Below are positions 30,766 to 41,676 of a DNA stretch of 64,000 nt, in pieces. The position numbers and the translations under genes are program-made. The notes under the pieces are model-generated. The model saw only the letters and a program-made list of their open reading frames with translations, was not told the origin of the DNA and made no database searches. The DNA is taken from IMG/VR virus record IMGVR_UViG_3300025010_000041; one strand, written 5' to 3'. The DNA is from an uncultured virus (IMG/VR IMGVR_UViG_3300025010_000041) (Duplodnaviria; Heunggongvirae; Uroviricota; Caudoviricetes). Numbering within the stretch: the stretch's first letter is position 1; every line of letters starts with the position of its first letter.

Positions 30766-32195
30766 AACCGTAAAATATCCGAACAGCAAAGTAGTTCACT
30801 ACGCCCTGGTTGAGCGGCCTGTCTGTGACTTCCACGCTAAACCCGGAGCGGAGCAGGTTGCCGGCCCCGCCACCTGTAAGCGATGCCTGACATACACCGC
30901 CAAGTATCCGTTCCGAGAAAGCAGTCAAGAAAAGACAGAGCGGCTAGAGGCCGAAGTAAAGCGGCTGAACGCTGTAGTTGCCACTATGACCGAACAGTTA
31001 CGAAAGGAGAATTGATATGCAAACAGAATCCGTTGTCTTGTTAGTGCTGGCCTGCGCTGTCCCTGTATGCGTGGTTATAGTCGCCACGGTCTGGGCAGTG
31101 TGCGTTGTGTCCGGGAGGTGTGACGAGCGCCTGGGGTTGCAAGAATGGCAGTTGAAAGAACGCGAATGACCACCGTCAAATCCCCCACTCGCTGCGGCTT
31201 CTGCAAATCGGGACACGTTGTTGAGATCAAATCCGACTGGCGCAAGTTGGTCGGCTGCGATAACCCCGACTGCCCAACGTACAACAGTATCGCGGCGGCG
31301 TTCCTGACCATGCAGGCGGCGCTGACTGAGATCGCCAATCACGCATCCGAGCCACTGGCGGCGACCAAAGCACAAGCGGCGATGAAAGAGGCCGGGTTAT
31401 GAACCGCCTATGTTGGTGGTTGGGCCATGATTGGGAACAGGGGCACCGCGACCAATATTGCCGGCGATGCTGTCTGCCGGAACACTACGCCGAGTTCGAT
31501 CCGCCTCATCCTGCGATTGTTGAGCGCACCGTCAACGCCTTACGGCGCTTCTGTGACGGCCTGCGGAGGCTGGATTATTTTATCCACTCGCCATGTGCCG
31601 GCTGCGGTAAGACGCGCTGGATTTTTGGCCGAGAGATCAACCATGCGGCGCACGAATACTGCCCGCCATTTTAGGAGGAACCATGAGCGAAATTGATGAC
31701 CACATTGCCAGGCTGAAAGTGGAGAAGGCGAGAGAAGTAAGCGACTTGTTTGCAATCAGAACAGCCCAACTTCCCGACCTGCTGAAACCCTACCACTGCG
31801 CCTACCCGGACGATGACCGGCGCACCACGCGTGTCATTATCCCCGGCAAAGCATACAAGATCGTTGTGACCTGGACTGGCAATGGCAATGACGTTGTCTA
31901 TGGTTACTACGTTCGCGGCGAGCCGATGGATAACTGGAATGCCGCCCTGCTGAGAATTGATGAGTTGAGCAACGAGCCTGCCGAAGATCAGGTAAGCGAA
32001 ACGATCTGGCGGCGGCTAAAGCGGATACAATCCGACTTGTATTTTTCGTTCGCGGCTGGAATATTCATGACGCTTGGTTGGGTGGTTTTCTTTCAGGAAC
32101 AACCGGGACATATGAGCCTGTCTTTCCCGTTCTTTATCCTGTCTGTGGCCCTGTTGATCGCCGTTGCGAAAATTCAAGCGGAGAGTGCGAAGTGA
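30755..32195 (+). other. Five small genes (30755-31015; 31017-31169 TM; 31166-31402 Zn ribbon; 31399-31674; 31683-32195 with 2 C-terminal TM)
   Basis: RBS and overlaps. Confidence 0.7.
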
Positions 32196-32551
32196 GCAAG
32201 ATCGTTGAGTTCGTTTGGGCTGAGGACGAATCGGCCCAAGTGAAATGCTCCTGCGGAACCTATCTCGTTGTCAACACCGAGCCGACCACCTGTCCCGGCT
32301 GCGGACAGGTCTACCGGTTTTCGAGCAGCGTCTATCCGATTGACGAATTGCCGGCAAAGCGGATCGCAGAGCTGGAAGCGGAATTATAGAAGAAGCGGGC
32401 AGAGATAAGGTCATATCATAGGGAATTGCTGTATGCTAAGGCAAAGATCGCTGTGTGTCGTAAAGCGCTGATGTATGCGCAAGAGCACGGCTTTACTCTC
32501 AAGAACCACTCTGAATTTGGAGCGTTGTTTCAAGAGGCGATGGAGGATTAG
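32192..32551 (+). pseudogene. Zn-ribbon/coiled-coil gene interrupted by an in-frame TAG at 32387-32389
   Basis: ..AELEAEL*KKRAEIRSYHRELL..EAMED* continues 53 codons to 2 nt before the next start. Confidence 0.6.
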
Positions 32552-32553
32552 AA

Positions 32554-33413
32554 GTGACAATCCTGCTGATCCACGTTGACAACACCGACACTCAAATCAC
32601 AGAGGCCCATATGCGAGGCGCTAAAGTTTTCGATCCGGTCTTTTTGACTGGCAACAACTCTCTTGGCACAAAGATCGTTGAGCGTAGAGATAAAGTTTTA
32701 GACGCCGTCAACAGAGATACAGAGTTTGTCTCAGGCCGCATTTTTGTGTTGCTGAATATCACTTTTCAAGAAGCGAGATATAGGGACGCAAAGAATTTTG
32801 ATATCGCGTTCGCGGCCAATAGAGAAATCGAAGGCAATACGTACTTGTACCGCCTGGCTGCCGCTGCGTTCGTGCTAAAGAAAGAGCTAATCCCATGATT
32901 CTCCCCGACTGGTTGACCCCGATCCTGGATACTTATTCTAAGTACCTGGGCTATACTCTGGCATTCCCGGCCACCCGCCCCGCCAGCCTGGGCGCTTTCG
33001 TTGGAGAGGCGCTGCCAATCAGCTACCCGGACACAATCGAGCTACGCCGGGAGCCAAGATGCAGAGGCTGGGAAATCGCCAGCAAACCGGACTGGATGAC
33101 AGACGCCCTGGTAGTTGAGAATTTTCGCAAGCAGTTCCCGGTCAATGCAGTTATTGCGGATCATCACGGATTGTTGATAAAAGCGTCCACGGTTCTGGGT
33201 TTCCTGGAAATTGGCGGGGAATTACACCGCTCTCCATCGCCCGACCACAAGCCGGTTTACCTCACTGCCGATTACCTGGACTTTGACATGCCGCTGAGCG
33301 AGGAAGAAGTGTATGCCCTGAAATCTGCCGGCGTGATCGAAGTTAGCCGCGGCGGGTTTGTCTCTATCTCGAAGCTGGGCCGGCTGGTTATGGAGTATTT
33401 GCGCCGGCTGTAG
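32554..33413 (+). other. Two hypothetical genes (32554-32898, 32895-33413)
   Basis: RBS and ATGA overlap. Confidence 0.75.
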
Positions 33414-33454
33414 TAAACTAGTTCAGTCGCCCCTCGTTTGGCAAGCGACGGTAA

Positions 33455-33494
33455 GCGGCCCCTGTCCCTGGCGGGAACGGGGGTCGCTTTTTTT
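33455..33494 (+). terminator. Intrinsic terminator (3' end of candidate sRNA C)
   Basis: GCGGCCCC/GGGGTCGC stem then T7. Confidence 0.8.
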
Positions 33495-33496
33495 GC

Positions 33497-33525
33497 TTGA
33501 CTTCTAAACTTGATTATGATAAACT
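33497..33525 (+). promoter_or_regulatory. CTTGA-box promoter
   Basis: TTGACT-17-TAAACT, CTTGA 33509. Confidence 0.9.
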
Positions 33526-33546
33526 CTATCACAAGAGGAAAAAACT

Positions 33547-33756
33547 ATGTTATCCCATGAGCGTAAACTAATCGAGCTACAAGATTTAGCCGCCAAACGA
33601 GACGGACTCCTGTCTATCTTTTTCTCCAACAAAGATCGCTGGACTTGTTCTGTTTCGGCGGTCGCCAATCGAGCGTCCATGATTTTTTGCGCCGGTTCTG
33701 GCGTCACAATGGCGCTGGCAATCGAAGCCTGCTATCAGGACTGGCAGGCGCAATAA
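33547..33756 (+). CDS. Hypothetical protein
   Basis: AAGAGGA RBS. Confidence 0.7.
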   Translation: MLSHERKLIELQDLAAKRDGLLSIFFSNKDRWTCSVSAVANRASMIFCAGSGVTMALAIEACYQDWQAQ

Positions 33757-35564
33757 TGACAGTTCAACCTAGAACCTATCAAACAGAAGCGGTCAAAGCG
33801 ATTTTTGCCGACTTTGACGCTGGCGTGAAATCAACCCTACTCATGGCTGCAACGGGAACCGGCAAAACGATCATGTTCCTGTTGGCAGTTGAGGAAATGC
33901 TTCGGCGCAAACCGGACGCCCGAATCGTAATCTTTGCCCACCGTGAAGAATTGATCTTCCAGCCGGTAGAGCGAGCCGAGCAGTTTTGGCCTGAAATCGC
34001 CCTGAGAATGGGCATCGTCATGGCAGAACGGCGCAATTATGCCGCTCAAATCGTGGTCGCCACTGTCCAGAGCCTGAGCAGTACTGACTGTAAGGGTGCA
34101 AAGTTGGTAACGGCCAACGGCCCGATTGACCTGGTTATTAGCGATGAAGCGCACCATACCCCAAGCGACACCTATCTGCAAACCATAAAAGCGTTAGGAA
34201 ACCCGCTTCTTTTGGGTTGCACGGCCACCCCGCGGCGCACGGATAATATCGGCCTGGGGGTGCTGTTTCAGAAAGTGGCGTACAAATTCTCAATTGAGTC
34301 TGCAATTCGAGAGGGTGCGCTTGTGCCGTTCAAGGCCCTGGGTTGCGTTCTGCCAGTGGATCGGGTGCAGGCGTCCGCCGATGACGAATCGGGCGAGAAG
34401 AAAAGTACCGCCGATCTGCTGATGGCCGATAACGTACTGGAAGTGGTATTCGAGAAGTGGCAAGAGTTGGCCTCAGACCGGCGCACGATCTTCTTTTGCG
34501 CTTCTGTCGCCCTGGCCCATGCTACCGTCGCGTATTTCAGCGGGCGCGGCGTGACGGCTGAGGCAGTGGACGGTACTACTCCCAAAGACTTGCGCCGGTC
34601 AATCCTGGCCCGCTATCAGTCGGGGAAAACTCAGGTGCTGGCAAACATGGCGGTTCTTACCGAAGGTTTTGACGCCCCCGAAACCGCCTGTATTGGGATG
34701 CTGCGCATGACAAATAGCGATCTTGTATATGCGCAATGTCTTGGGCGAGGGCTTAGGCCGGCCCCCGGAAAAGCGGACTGCCTGGTGATTGACTATGTTC
34801 CAAAAGGCGGCAAGCGCGACCTGATTATGGCGGGGGATATTCTCGAAGGCGACGGCCTGGACAAAAAGCAAAAGAAAGTTGTCAAGAAAGGCGAAGATGA
34901 CGGGCTGCTGTTTAATTTTCAGGTGATGAAAGAGGGGATCGGGGAGTTAGACCCGGCTGACGTGCAAATGGTGGTGCTGGATTATATGCGGGCGCACGAA
35001 TTAGCCTGGATTGGCGACGGGATGCACTCTATCGCCGCGCTTGACCAAGACAACGTGCTGGCGCTGGTTATCCCTGATGGCAATCGCCTGGCGAAAGCGG
35101 ACAGTCTACGGCGCACGGTTGGCTTGACCCCCGACCAGGAACGGCTGGCAGAGTATCTCAAAAAACACCGGCTGTACAAAGTCTGGCGTGAAACCGTGGA
35201 ACGCGGCGAGCGCAATCATAACCCCTGGCAGGTAGAGGTTATCGGGGATTATGCCGAGTTAGCGGACGCACAGCGAGCCGCCGATCATTTGGGTAGCGAC
35301 TACGGCGGAGCGACCCTGGCCTCGAAAAAGAAAGCCTGGCGTGATGAGCCTATGTCTGATGCTCAGAAAGGCATGTTGAAGCGCCTGGGGGCATACGAGG
35401 CCGGTTTAAGCAAGGGGCAAGCCTCGCAAAGAATCGCCCTGCTGACCACCCTGGCAGTTGTCAAGCCAGTTGAGGCCCAGCGGGAACGTGAAGCGGCGAG
35501 AAACGTACAGCGGGTATTGATTACGCCTGCGCCCATGCAATCACTTGACACCCGTCTTGAATAG
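33756..35564 (+). CDS. DEAH-box SF2 DNA helicase (RadD/Irc3-like)
   Basis: RTYQ, ATGTGKT, DEAHH, TATP, VLTEGFDAP, QCLGRGLRP. Confidence 0.95.
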   Translation: MTVQPRTYQTEAVKAIFADFDAGVKSTLLMAATGTGKTIMFLLAVEEMLRRKPDARIVIFAHREELIFQPVERAEQFWPEIALRMGIVMAERRNYAAQIVVATVQSLSSTDCKGAKLVTANGPIDLVISDEAHHTPSDTYLQTIKALGNPLLLGCTATPRRTDNIGLGVLFQKVAYKFSIESAIREGALVPFKALGCVLPVDRVQASADDESGEKKSTADLLMADNVLEVVFEKWQELASDRRTIFFCASVALAHATVAYFSGRGVTAEAVDGTTPKDLRRSILARYQSGKTQVLANMAVLTEGFDAPETACIGMLRMTNSDLVYAQCLGRGLRPAPGKADCLVIDYVPKGGKRDLIMAGDILEGDGLDKKQKKVVKKGEDDGLLFNFQVMKEGIGELDPADVQMVVLDYMRAHELAWIGDGMHSIAALDQDNVLALVIPDGNRLAKADSLRRTVGLTPDQERLAEYLKKHRLYKVWRETVERGERNHNPWQVEVIGDYAELADAQRAADHLGSDYGGATLASKKKAWRDEPMSDAQKGMLKRLGAYEAGLSKGQASQRIALLTTLAVVKPVEAQREREAARNVQRVLITPAPMQSLDTRLE

Positions 35565-35572
35565 GGTATAAT
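35545..35572 (+). promoter_or_regulatory. CTTGA-box promoter followed by a ~110-nt structured leader
   Basis: TTGACA-16-TATAAT, CTTGA 35556. Confidence 0.9.
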
Positions 35573-35686
35573 CAATCTATCTAATCAACCCGCGCCGGGC
35601 TTGCTGCCAGCGGCGCAAATCACTACAACAGGTTTGACTGGCAGCGGCAATTATTTTCAGTTTTTCAAAGAGAGGACAAAAAGACC

Positions 35687-36348
35687 ATGAGAGAGAAACT
35701 TTGCAAGCATTGTGAAACCCCGATTGCCGACGATCTGCCGTGTAGCTGTGACGGGGCCGAAGTCGAGCGGTTGACCCCGGCGCAGGCGTTGATTGACCTG
35801 CTGCAAGCCGAAAATGCAAGCGTAACGCTGGACTGTAACGGTTCTCGCCTGTTTTGGTCTGACGCTTCGGAGGCGTGGGAAACTATCACGTGGAAGCGCG
35901 GCAATGCAGTCACTCACTACAACGGCCCCGATCTGGCCGCGGCAATTATCGCGTTCAAGAAAGTGGCGGGGATCGAATGAACGCCAACCATTTAGATTTC
36001 AGCCGCGAGGCAGTTGCCAAGATCGGCAAACCCCAAACCTGCCCCACTTGCCGCGGGAATGGCCGCGTTGTAAAGTCCAGTTTGTTGGAAGTGATATTGG
36101 CGGACTGCCAGACATGCAACGGGACGGGGAAGATAATCACTCCCTGCCCGGTTGAAGATTACAACGTTGGCTATTGCTGCCCGATTTGCTTTGAATTGCA
36201 TAACCAGAGCGAAAACGAGCCGTGTCTTTATTGTCAGGAAGTTCTGGCGAACGAGTACGTGGGTAAAAACGTTCTGGCCCTGGCAACTCAGGCGGCCAAA
36301 GCAATGGGTGACTATCACAAAGTTCAGCGGGCGCTGTACCACAAATGA
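35687..36348 (+). other. Two small Cys-rich genes (35687-35980; 35977-36348 with CxxCxGxG repeats)
   Basis: CPTCRGNG..CQTCNGTG. Confidence 0.7.
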
Positions 36349-36752
36349 CCGCCCCGCTATCATTCACCGTCTGCCGCAAGTGCTGGAAGCCTGCCACCCG
36401 ATTGGAAAGTGGCTTTTGCGCCCACTGTCTGCTGCAAGCGGAGACGGATAAACAATGTCTCTACTGCGGCAAAGTGGCGACGGTGAACGGTTACGAAATC
36501 ACCTGCGCCACCTGCGGACAGTCGGCCCCGATCATGGCGCACGGATCGCTGAGGCTATCCGAGCATGTAAAGCGACTGCGGACGCAACACCCGCTGAGTA
36601 TAGCAAAGCTATCTGCCAAGATCGGCGGCAATCCAGACAAGATCATCGCCGTGGAAAACGGCAGCGACAATCTAAAATACCTGGCCCGGCTGATGGACGG
36701 GCTGGGTTATGAAGTTGAGATCACCATCAGGAAAAGAGAGGAAAAACCGTGA
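36345..36752 (+). CDS. Zn-finger plus XRE-type HTH regulator
   Basis: Four CxxC; LSIAKLSAKIG....I.AVENG...L..L...LG. Confidence 0.75.
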   Translation: MTAPLSFTVCRKCWKPATRLESGFCAHCLLQAETDKQCLYCGKVATVNGYEITCATCGQSAPIMAHGSLRLSEHVKRLRTQHPLSIAKLSAKIGGNPDKIIAVENGSDNLKYLARLMDGLGYEVEITIRKREEKP

Positions 36753-38248
36753 GTAAATTAGACGAGTTCATCAAGAAACTTGACGAAGCCGAGGCCATTG
36801 CTGCAATCTCTTTCGAGATGCGCCATTGGGTAGAACAGACGATCAAGACGATTGACGACGAAAATGACGGGCTGCGAACGGAAATCTCCATGCTGCTGCA
36901 AAGCAACGGCGACGAGGTAGACGAGTACAACGCCGGTCACGACGCGGGCGAGAACGAAGAAGATATTGACATCGCCCGGATGCGCTACCGTGAAGAACGC
37001 CCTGACCGCCCATTGTATGACACTTTTGATACCGGCTATATCATGGGGGTGCTGGGAGATTATGACCGGCTAAAATCCATGCAGGGACAAATCGAGCGGC
37101 TGTCCGAAATGTCCGTTGAACAAATGGGCACGATCCGAGAGTTGAACGTGCAACTGGCAAGCACGCCCGAAGAAATGCGCGAGAACGCCGAAAGCGCATG
37201 GCTGGCAGGAATGAGCGGCACGCATTACGAGAAGTTGCAAGAGGCGAAAAAAGAGATTGAGCGGCTGCGGGCTGCGTTGGAACAACTGGCCTCGCCAAAA
37301 CGCTATTTAGCCATTGCTGCCGGGACGCATATCAACTTTTACGTCGGGAACGCCCTGGACGGTGAAGTTGTACGCCCCTGGGAGTTCGCGCAAAAAGCAC
37401 TGGACGGTGATAAGTGACAAAGAAGATCAATCCAAAGAAAGCCACGCTGAGCGACTTGATAGCCATTGCCGAGGCGAATGGTTACGCGGTTGGGGTACAG
37501 CTTGTCTCGCGGTCAAAGCCGCAAGCGCAAGTAGTTGACAAAGACGCCGAAATCGAACGGCTGCGAACGGCGCTGGAGAAGTACGCTAACACGGTCAATT
37601 GGGACTTCAACGGCGATAGCGCCGAGATTTTCCGCTTAACACCAGACGGTTATGACATTGCGCGTGAGGCGCTGAAAGAAGGCGACAAGTGAACGATATT
37701 ACCAACCTAAACGCCCTGATTACGAAAGTTGAAGAACAATACCGGGTCAACCGCGAGGCGGCATGGGACGCTTGCGAATTGTTGATCGGGCACAAGATCG
37801 AGTACAAGCGCGGCGGCCATGTTTGCTACGGCATAGTCCAGAGCTTGGTCGGCTTCCGTGGCTGCGATAATCCCCGGCTGCGCACGAGGAACATAAACAG
37901 CGGCAAGCTAATTGACGTTGACGCGAGAAGTGTACAGGTGGTGATGACATGATCTCCAGGAAGCAACGAGAAGAAATCAGGAACCGGGCGCTGACCGCCT
38001 ACACAGCGGTTCAACCCCAACCGACTTTTGCAGCCGATGTAGTGCTGGATTTGATCGCCAATGTTGAGTGGGTGGAATACGAGTTGGGTTCAGCCCACAG
38101 ATACGCCAATACCCTACAGGAAGCAATCGACATGCTTCGCAGTGAAAACAAAACCATGACTGAGGCGAATAATCACGAGGTTCAGGCCCAGCGGGAAATG
38201 ATCGCTATGCTGCGCAAGAAACTCCACGAGTTAGGCGTCTCTGCTTGA
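36749..38248 (+). other. Four hypothetical, mostly coiled-coil genes (36749-37417, 37414-37692, 37689-37952, 37949-38248)
   Basis: Overlaps; EIERLR.ALE shared by the first two. Confidence 0.75.
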
Positions 38249-38262
38249 GATAAGGACACCCC

Positions 38263-39315
38263 ATGAGCGACTTACTCCAAGAGCTAATCAAGCACACTCA
38301 CGCTCCCCAGTTCAAGCGGCGCCACTTAGTCGCTTGCCCCAAGTGCGGCAGAATGGGCAACGGCAAAGACGAAACCTGCTCTTTTGGCCCGGACGGCTGG
38401 CACTGTTTCAAGTGCGGCGCGGGCGGGACGCTTACCGGCCTCGCAAAGCTGGTCAACCTCGAAGGCGAGTACGGCGCTCCCGAATTGCAGTCAACCCCCG
38501 AAACGCCCAAGCCTATCGCCACATGGCGCGCCACCCCCGAAAAGTGGCTGACCCGCTTCGAGAGTCACCCGCTCAGGGACGCGCTCTGGCAGGCATACAA
38601 GCCGCTGCGAGGGATTGATACTCTCCGCTATGGAGTTGGTCGGCTGGGTTCTCTCCCCTACGGTGAGAATGGTCACGCTTCGGCCTGCAACCATGAACGG
38701 CTGATTGTACCGATCTTTGACGGTACGATGCTTGTGTCGCTGCGAGGCCGGCAAATCAGCCGGTCACTGGCTGAGGCAGTTGGCGCTAAGTGGGAGGGCT
38801 GTCAGTGTGCGAAGTGGGCGCAAGCGGCAGGGTCAAGCATGGACGAATGGCCCATGTATGGCGAAACTGACCTGACCCCCGGTTGCACGGCGGCGATTGT
38901 TGAGAACACGGTAGACGCTAAATACCTATCACAAGAGACGGATATTGTCGGGCTGGCGATTTATTCGACCAGTTGCACGGCCCCGTTCGCTGCGGGCGGA
39001 CGCTGGCGCGAGGCGCTGCTGAAAGTCGGCGTCAAACGGCTGATCCTCTGGCTGGACAACGACCTGGTCGGCAACGGTGGCGCGCTGAGGCGGCGGGAGT
39101 TCCTGGCAATGCACCAGGAAAAGTGCGCTCATGATTTTGTCCGGCATAATCCGGGAAAGCCTGTTCCTCAGTCGTTCCCCGTCCCGGTCGCGGCGGCGTG
39201 GAAGATCATGCAGTATCTCAAAGACACGCCAATCGAGTTAGACCGTTGGGACTGGCGAAACGCCCCGCACAAAGCGGACTGCTACGGGTTATTATCGGGA
39301 CAGGTGACGCTGTGA
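38263..39315 (+). CDS. DnaG-like DNA primase (Zn-binding plus TOPRIM)
   Basis: CPKC..WHCFKCGAGG; RLIVPI; IVENTVDA; LWLDND. Confidence 0.8.
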   Translation: MSDLLQELIKHTHAPQFKRRHLVACPKCGRMGNGKDETCSFGPDGWHCFKCGAGGTLTGLAKLVNLEGEYGAPELQSTPETPKPIATWRATPEKWLTRFESHPLRDALWQAYKPLRGIDTLRYGVGRLGSLPYGENGHASACNHERLIVPIFDGTMLVSLRGRQISRSLAEAVGAKWEGCQCAKWAQAAGSSMDEWPMYGETDLTPGCTAAIVENTVDAKYLSQETDIVGLAIYSTSCTAPFAAGGRWREALLKVGVKRLILWLDNDLVGNGGALRRREFLAMHQEKCAHDFVRHNPGKPVPQSFPVPVAAAWKIMQYLKDTPIELDRWDWRNAPHKADCYGLLSGQVTL

Positions 39316-39791
39316 CCGTTATGACCGTGGACGCGGTCTGTCCCTGCGGCAATGAGTTCCAGCGGGCGCGCAATGTCCCGTCACAAACGCTCTGCCCGGA
39401 CTGCCGCAAGAAAGCGACCAAAGATTATCTGGCCGGGTATCGTTCGATCCACGCCGAGCCGAAGGAGCCTGCACCGGAGACGAAACCCTGGGTGCTGGTT
39501 TACGATCCAACCGGAGAGTTCGGACGGCTGGCGCTCTACCCGGAAGAAGCGGAGTTATCAGCCTACTACCTGGCAACCGGGTCGATTATCTGGACTGGCA
39601 GGCGCTGCAAGCGGGTCTGCGAAAACGGGGCGCTGGAAGCGAAGCCGCTGCGGGCGGTTGAGACGGTGGCAGTCGGCAAGCGGGTATTGCTAACAGACGG
39701 CAAAGAGTGGGCGGTGGCAGTCAAAACGAATAACGGCTGGGCCTGGAAATTGGGCAAGCCGATCAAACCAACCGGAGCGATAGAATTATGA
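39312..39791 (+). CDS. Zn-ribbon hypothetical protein
   Basis: CPCG..LCPDC. Confidence 0.65.
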   Translation: MTVMTVDAVCPCGNEFQRARNVPSQTLCPDCRKKATKDYLAGYRSIHAEPKEPAPETKPWVLVYDPTGEFGRLALYPEEAELSAYYLATGSIIWTGRRCKRVCENGALEAKPLRAVETVAVGKRVLLTDGKEWAVAVKTNNGWAWKLGKPIKPTGAIEL

Positions 39792-40744
39792 CCAGTCAAT
39801 TATTTTTAGGGGATTGTTTGGACGTTCTGCCGGGGTTGGAAGAAAAGAGCGTTGATCTTGCGCTTTTAGACCCGCCCTATTATCGGGTCATGTCAGACGG
39901 TTGGGATCGGCAGTGGAAAACCATGCAAGAATATATTGACTGGATTGAAACTTGTTTAGTCGCCGTCAAGCGGGTTATGAAAGATAACGGGAGTATGTAC
40001 ATTTTTGGCGACGATAAAAATATCGCTTACGTTCAAGTGATGGCAGACAAACACCTGACCCTGCTGAATAATATCGTCTGGTATAAGACCAATAACCAGA
40101 GCGTAAAAAGCGCCCCCAATCTTCGTAGTTGGGCACCTATGACTGAGAGAATTTTGTTCTACACCCCGCAACTTTGCAAGACCGGTCTTGAAACCGTGAA
40201 ACTTGACATTAACAATTTTACTGGACTGCGGGAGTATTTCAGGCAGTATCAAGAGGCGATAGGTCTAGGCTTGAAACAAATCAACGAGAAATTAGGACAC
40301 AGGCGCGCAGAACATGCGTTTTACTGGAACTCTACGCAGTGGGATTTACCAACCGCCGAAGTTTACGCAGAGTTAGGAAACGCTTTTCCTGTTGATTTTT
40401 CGCGCCGAGATTACGAGGAATTGAGGCGAGATTACGAGGAATTGAGGCGAGTCTTCCATGCCGATTTTAAGACTTTAGACGTTATCAGCGGGCCAATCGT
40501 TGACGCTGGTGACAATACCGACCACCCAACCACAAAACCCCTCTGGCTGATAAAGAGACTTTTGGCGGTCTCTACCAACCCCGGCGACGTGGTACTTGAC
40601 CCGACAATGGGATCGGGCACAACGGGAGTCGCTTGCGCTAAATTGGGCCGTGACTTTATCGGCATTGAACTTGACCCCGGCTACTTCGCTATCGCAGAAA
40701 AGCGTATCAAAGCGGCTGAATCGCAACTACTTTTAGGAATTTAG
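39788..40744 (+). CDS. DNA amino-methyltransferase (N4-C/N6-A, beta class)
   Basis: GDCL, DPPY, HPTTKP, DPTMGSGTTG, FIGIE. Confidence 0.95.
   Translation: MTSQLFLGDCLDVLPGLEEKSVDLALLDPPYYRVMSDGWDRQWKTMQEYIDWIETCLVAVKRVMKDNGSMYIFGDDKNIAYVQVMADKHLTLLNNIVWYKTNNQSVKSAPNLRSWAPMTERILFYTPQLCKTGLETVKLDINNFTGLREYFRQYQEAIGLGLKQINEKLGHRRAEHAFYWNSTQWDLPTAEVYAELGNAFPVDFSRRDYEELRRDYEELRRVFHADFKTLDVISGPIVDAGDNTDHPTTKPLWLIKRLLAVSTNPGDVVLDPTMGSGTTGVACAKLGRDFIGIELDPGYFAIAEKRIKAAESQLLLGI
40406..40451 (+). repeat. In-frame 21-bp tandem repeat (RDYEELR x2)
   Basis: CGAGATTACGAGGAATTGAGG twice plus CGAG. Confidence 0.95.
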
Positions 40745-40752
40745 GAGGCACA

Positions 40753-41154
40753 ATGAAGAAGTTAGGACGTATCTTTATTCTGGCGGCGCTTGTCCTGCTG
40801 CTACTAATCGTTTTGAGCGCAGGGCGTGATTACCTGGCGCTGCAACCGGAGCCAACCCCCACCCCGACACTGACAGTCTGGGGCCAGTTGCAATCCACGG
40901 CGGTGGCGCTGACCGGAAGCGTCATCAGCCTGGGAGAGCAATCCGACGCGGCTGACCCCGTTGTGCAAGAGTACATTCGGCGGGAGTTGGAGCGGGCGGC
41001 GGTTGAAAAGGCGGCAGAAACGAGCGGCAGCGTCATTCCGCTGGCGTTTCTCGCCTGCTGTATCTGCGGACTGATCCCGTTTGTTTTTAGTGGGCTATTT
41101 GCTTACGTTCAAATTCGTAACGCCGCCTGGCGTGCGAAACAGATTGGAGGTTAA
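40753..41154 (+). CDS. 2-TM membrane protein with PTPT linker
   Basis: N- and C-terminal hydrophobic helices. Confidence 0.75.
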   Translation: MKKLGRIFILAALVLLLLIVLSAGRDYLALQPEPTPTPTLTVWGQLQSTAVALTGSVISLGEQSDAADPVVQEYIRRELERAAVEKAAETSGSVIPLAFLACCICGLIPFVFSGLFAYVQIRNAAWRAKQIGG

Positions 41155-41156
41155 CT

Positions 41157-41672
41157 ATGCGAAAGATTATTTTCCTGTTTGCGCTGTTCCTGACCGGCTG
41201 CGGTGTAAGCGATAACGAGGTCGCCCTCAAGCAAGCGCAGGCTGCGTTGGAGGCTAACCGCGGCTTGAACGCGGCGGTCAATTGGTTGGGCCTCTCGAAC
41301 GCCGCCATGAACGCGATTATGCTGGTTCTGTCGCTGGCAGTTATGACGGCGGTAGTGGTCGGCAGTTACATCGCCCTGGTTCACTTCGGGCTGGTCGCGG
41401 CCCCAGAGAAGGCGCCTACTGCCCGCGGCAAACGGAGTAAGAAGGCCCTGGCTGTCACCGGAAACCCTCTGGACGCTATCAGCATGGAGGACGCGCAGAA
41501 GTTGGCAGTTCTGGCACAGGTGAAACAGGCGGGGCTGGACGTGTCGGCGCTGTTCCCTGGACTGTCGGCCCGGCAAGCGCCCCCGCCGATCCAATACAGC
41601 GAACCGATGTACGGCCCTCAGCAACCCTCGCGCCTGCCCCCACCCCAACGGCCCACGGATAGGGAGTGGTAA
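41157..41672 (+). CDS. Lipoprotein with an internal TM helix and Pro-rich tail
   Basis: Lipobox LTGC. Confidence 0.75.
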   Translation: MRKIIFLFALFLTGCGVSDNEVALKQAQAALEANRGLNAAVNWLGLSNAAMNAIMLVLSLAVMTAVVVGSYIALVHFGLVAAPEKAPTARGKRSKKALAVTGNPLDAISMEDAQKLAVLAQVKQAGLDVSALFPGLSARQAPPPIQYSEPMYGPQQPSRLPPPQRPTDREW

Positions 41673-41676
41673 GACC

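Noticed and set aside
32387..32389. Genome-wide TAG recoding
   Set aside because: Many genes end cleanly at TAG next to the following gene or terminator (1741, 4242, 6686, 59134); only one internal TAG was seen.
35592..35645. HDV-like ribozyme or preQ1 riboswitch
   Set aside because: No P3/P1.1 elements, and the second stem does not include the RBS; only the generic pseudoknot is reported.
35473..38197. Shared 14-mer AGGCCCAGCGGGAA (and a GTTTACCTGGCCGATG match near 54667/55197)
   Set aside because: Inside unrelated coding sequences and not at junctions; consistent with chance or a shared short peptide.
40406..40451. 21-bp tandem repeat as a novel element
   Set aside because: In-frame YEELR-type repeats are familiar in this group of phage methyltransferases; kept as a feature only.
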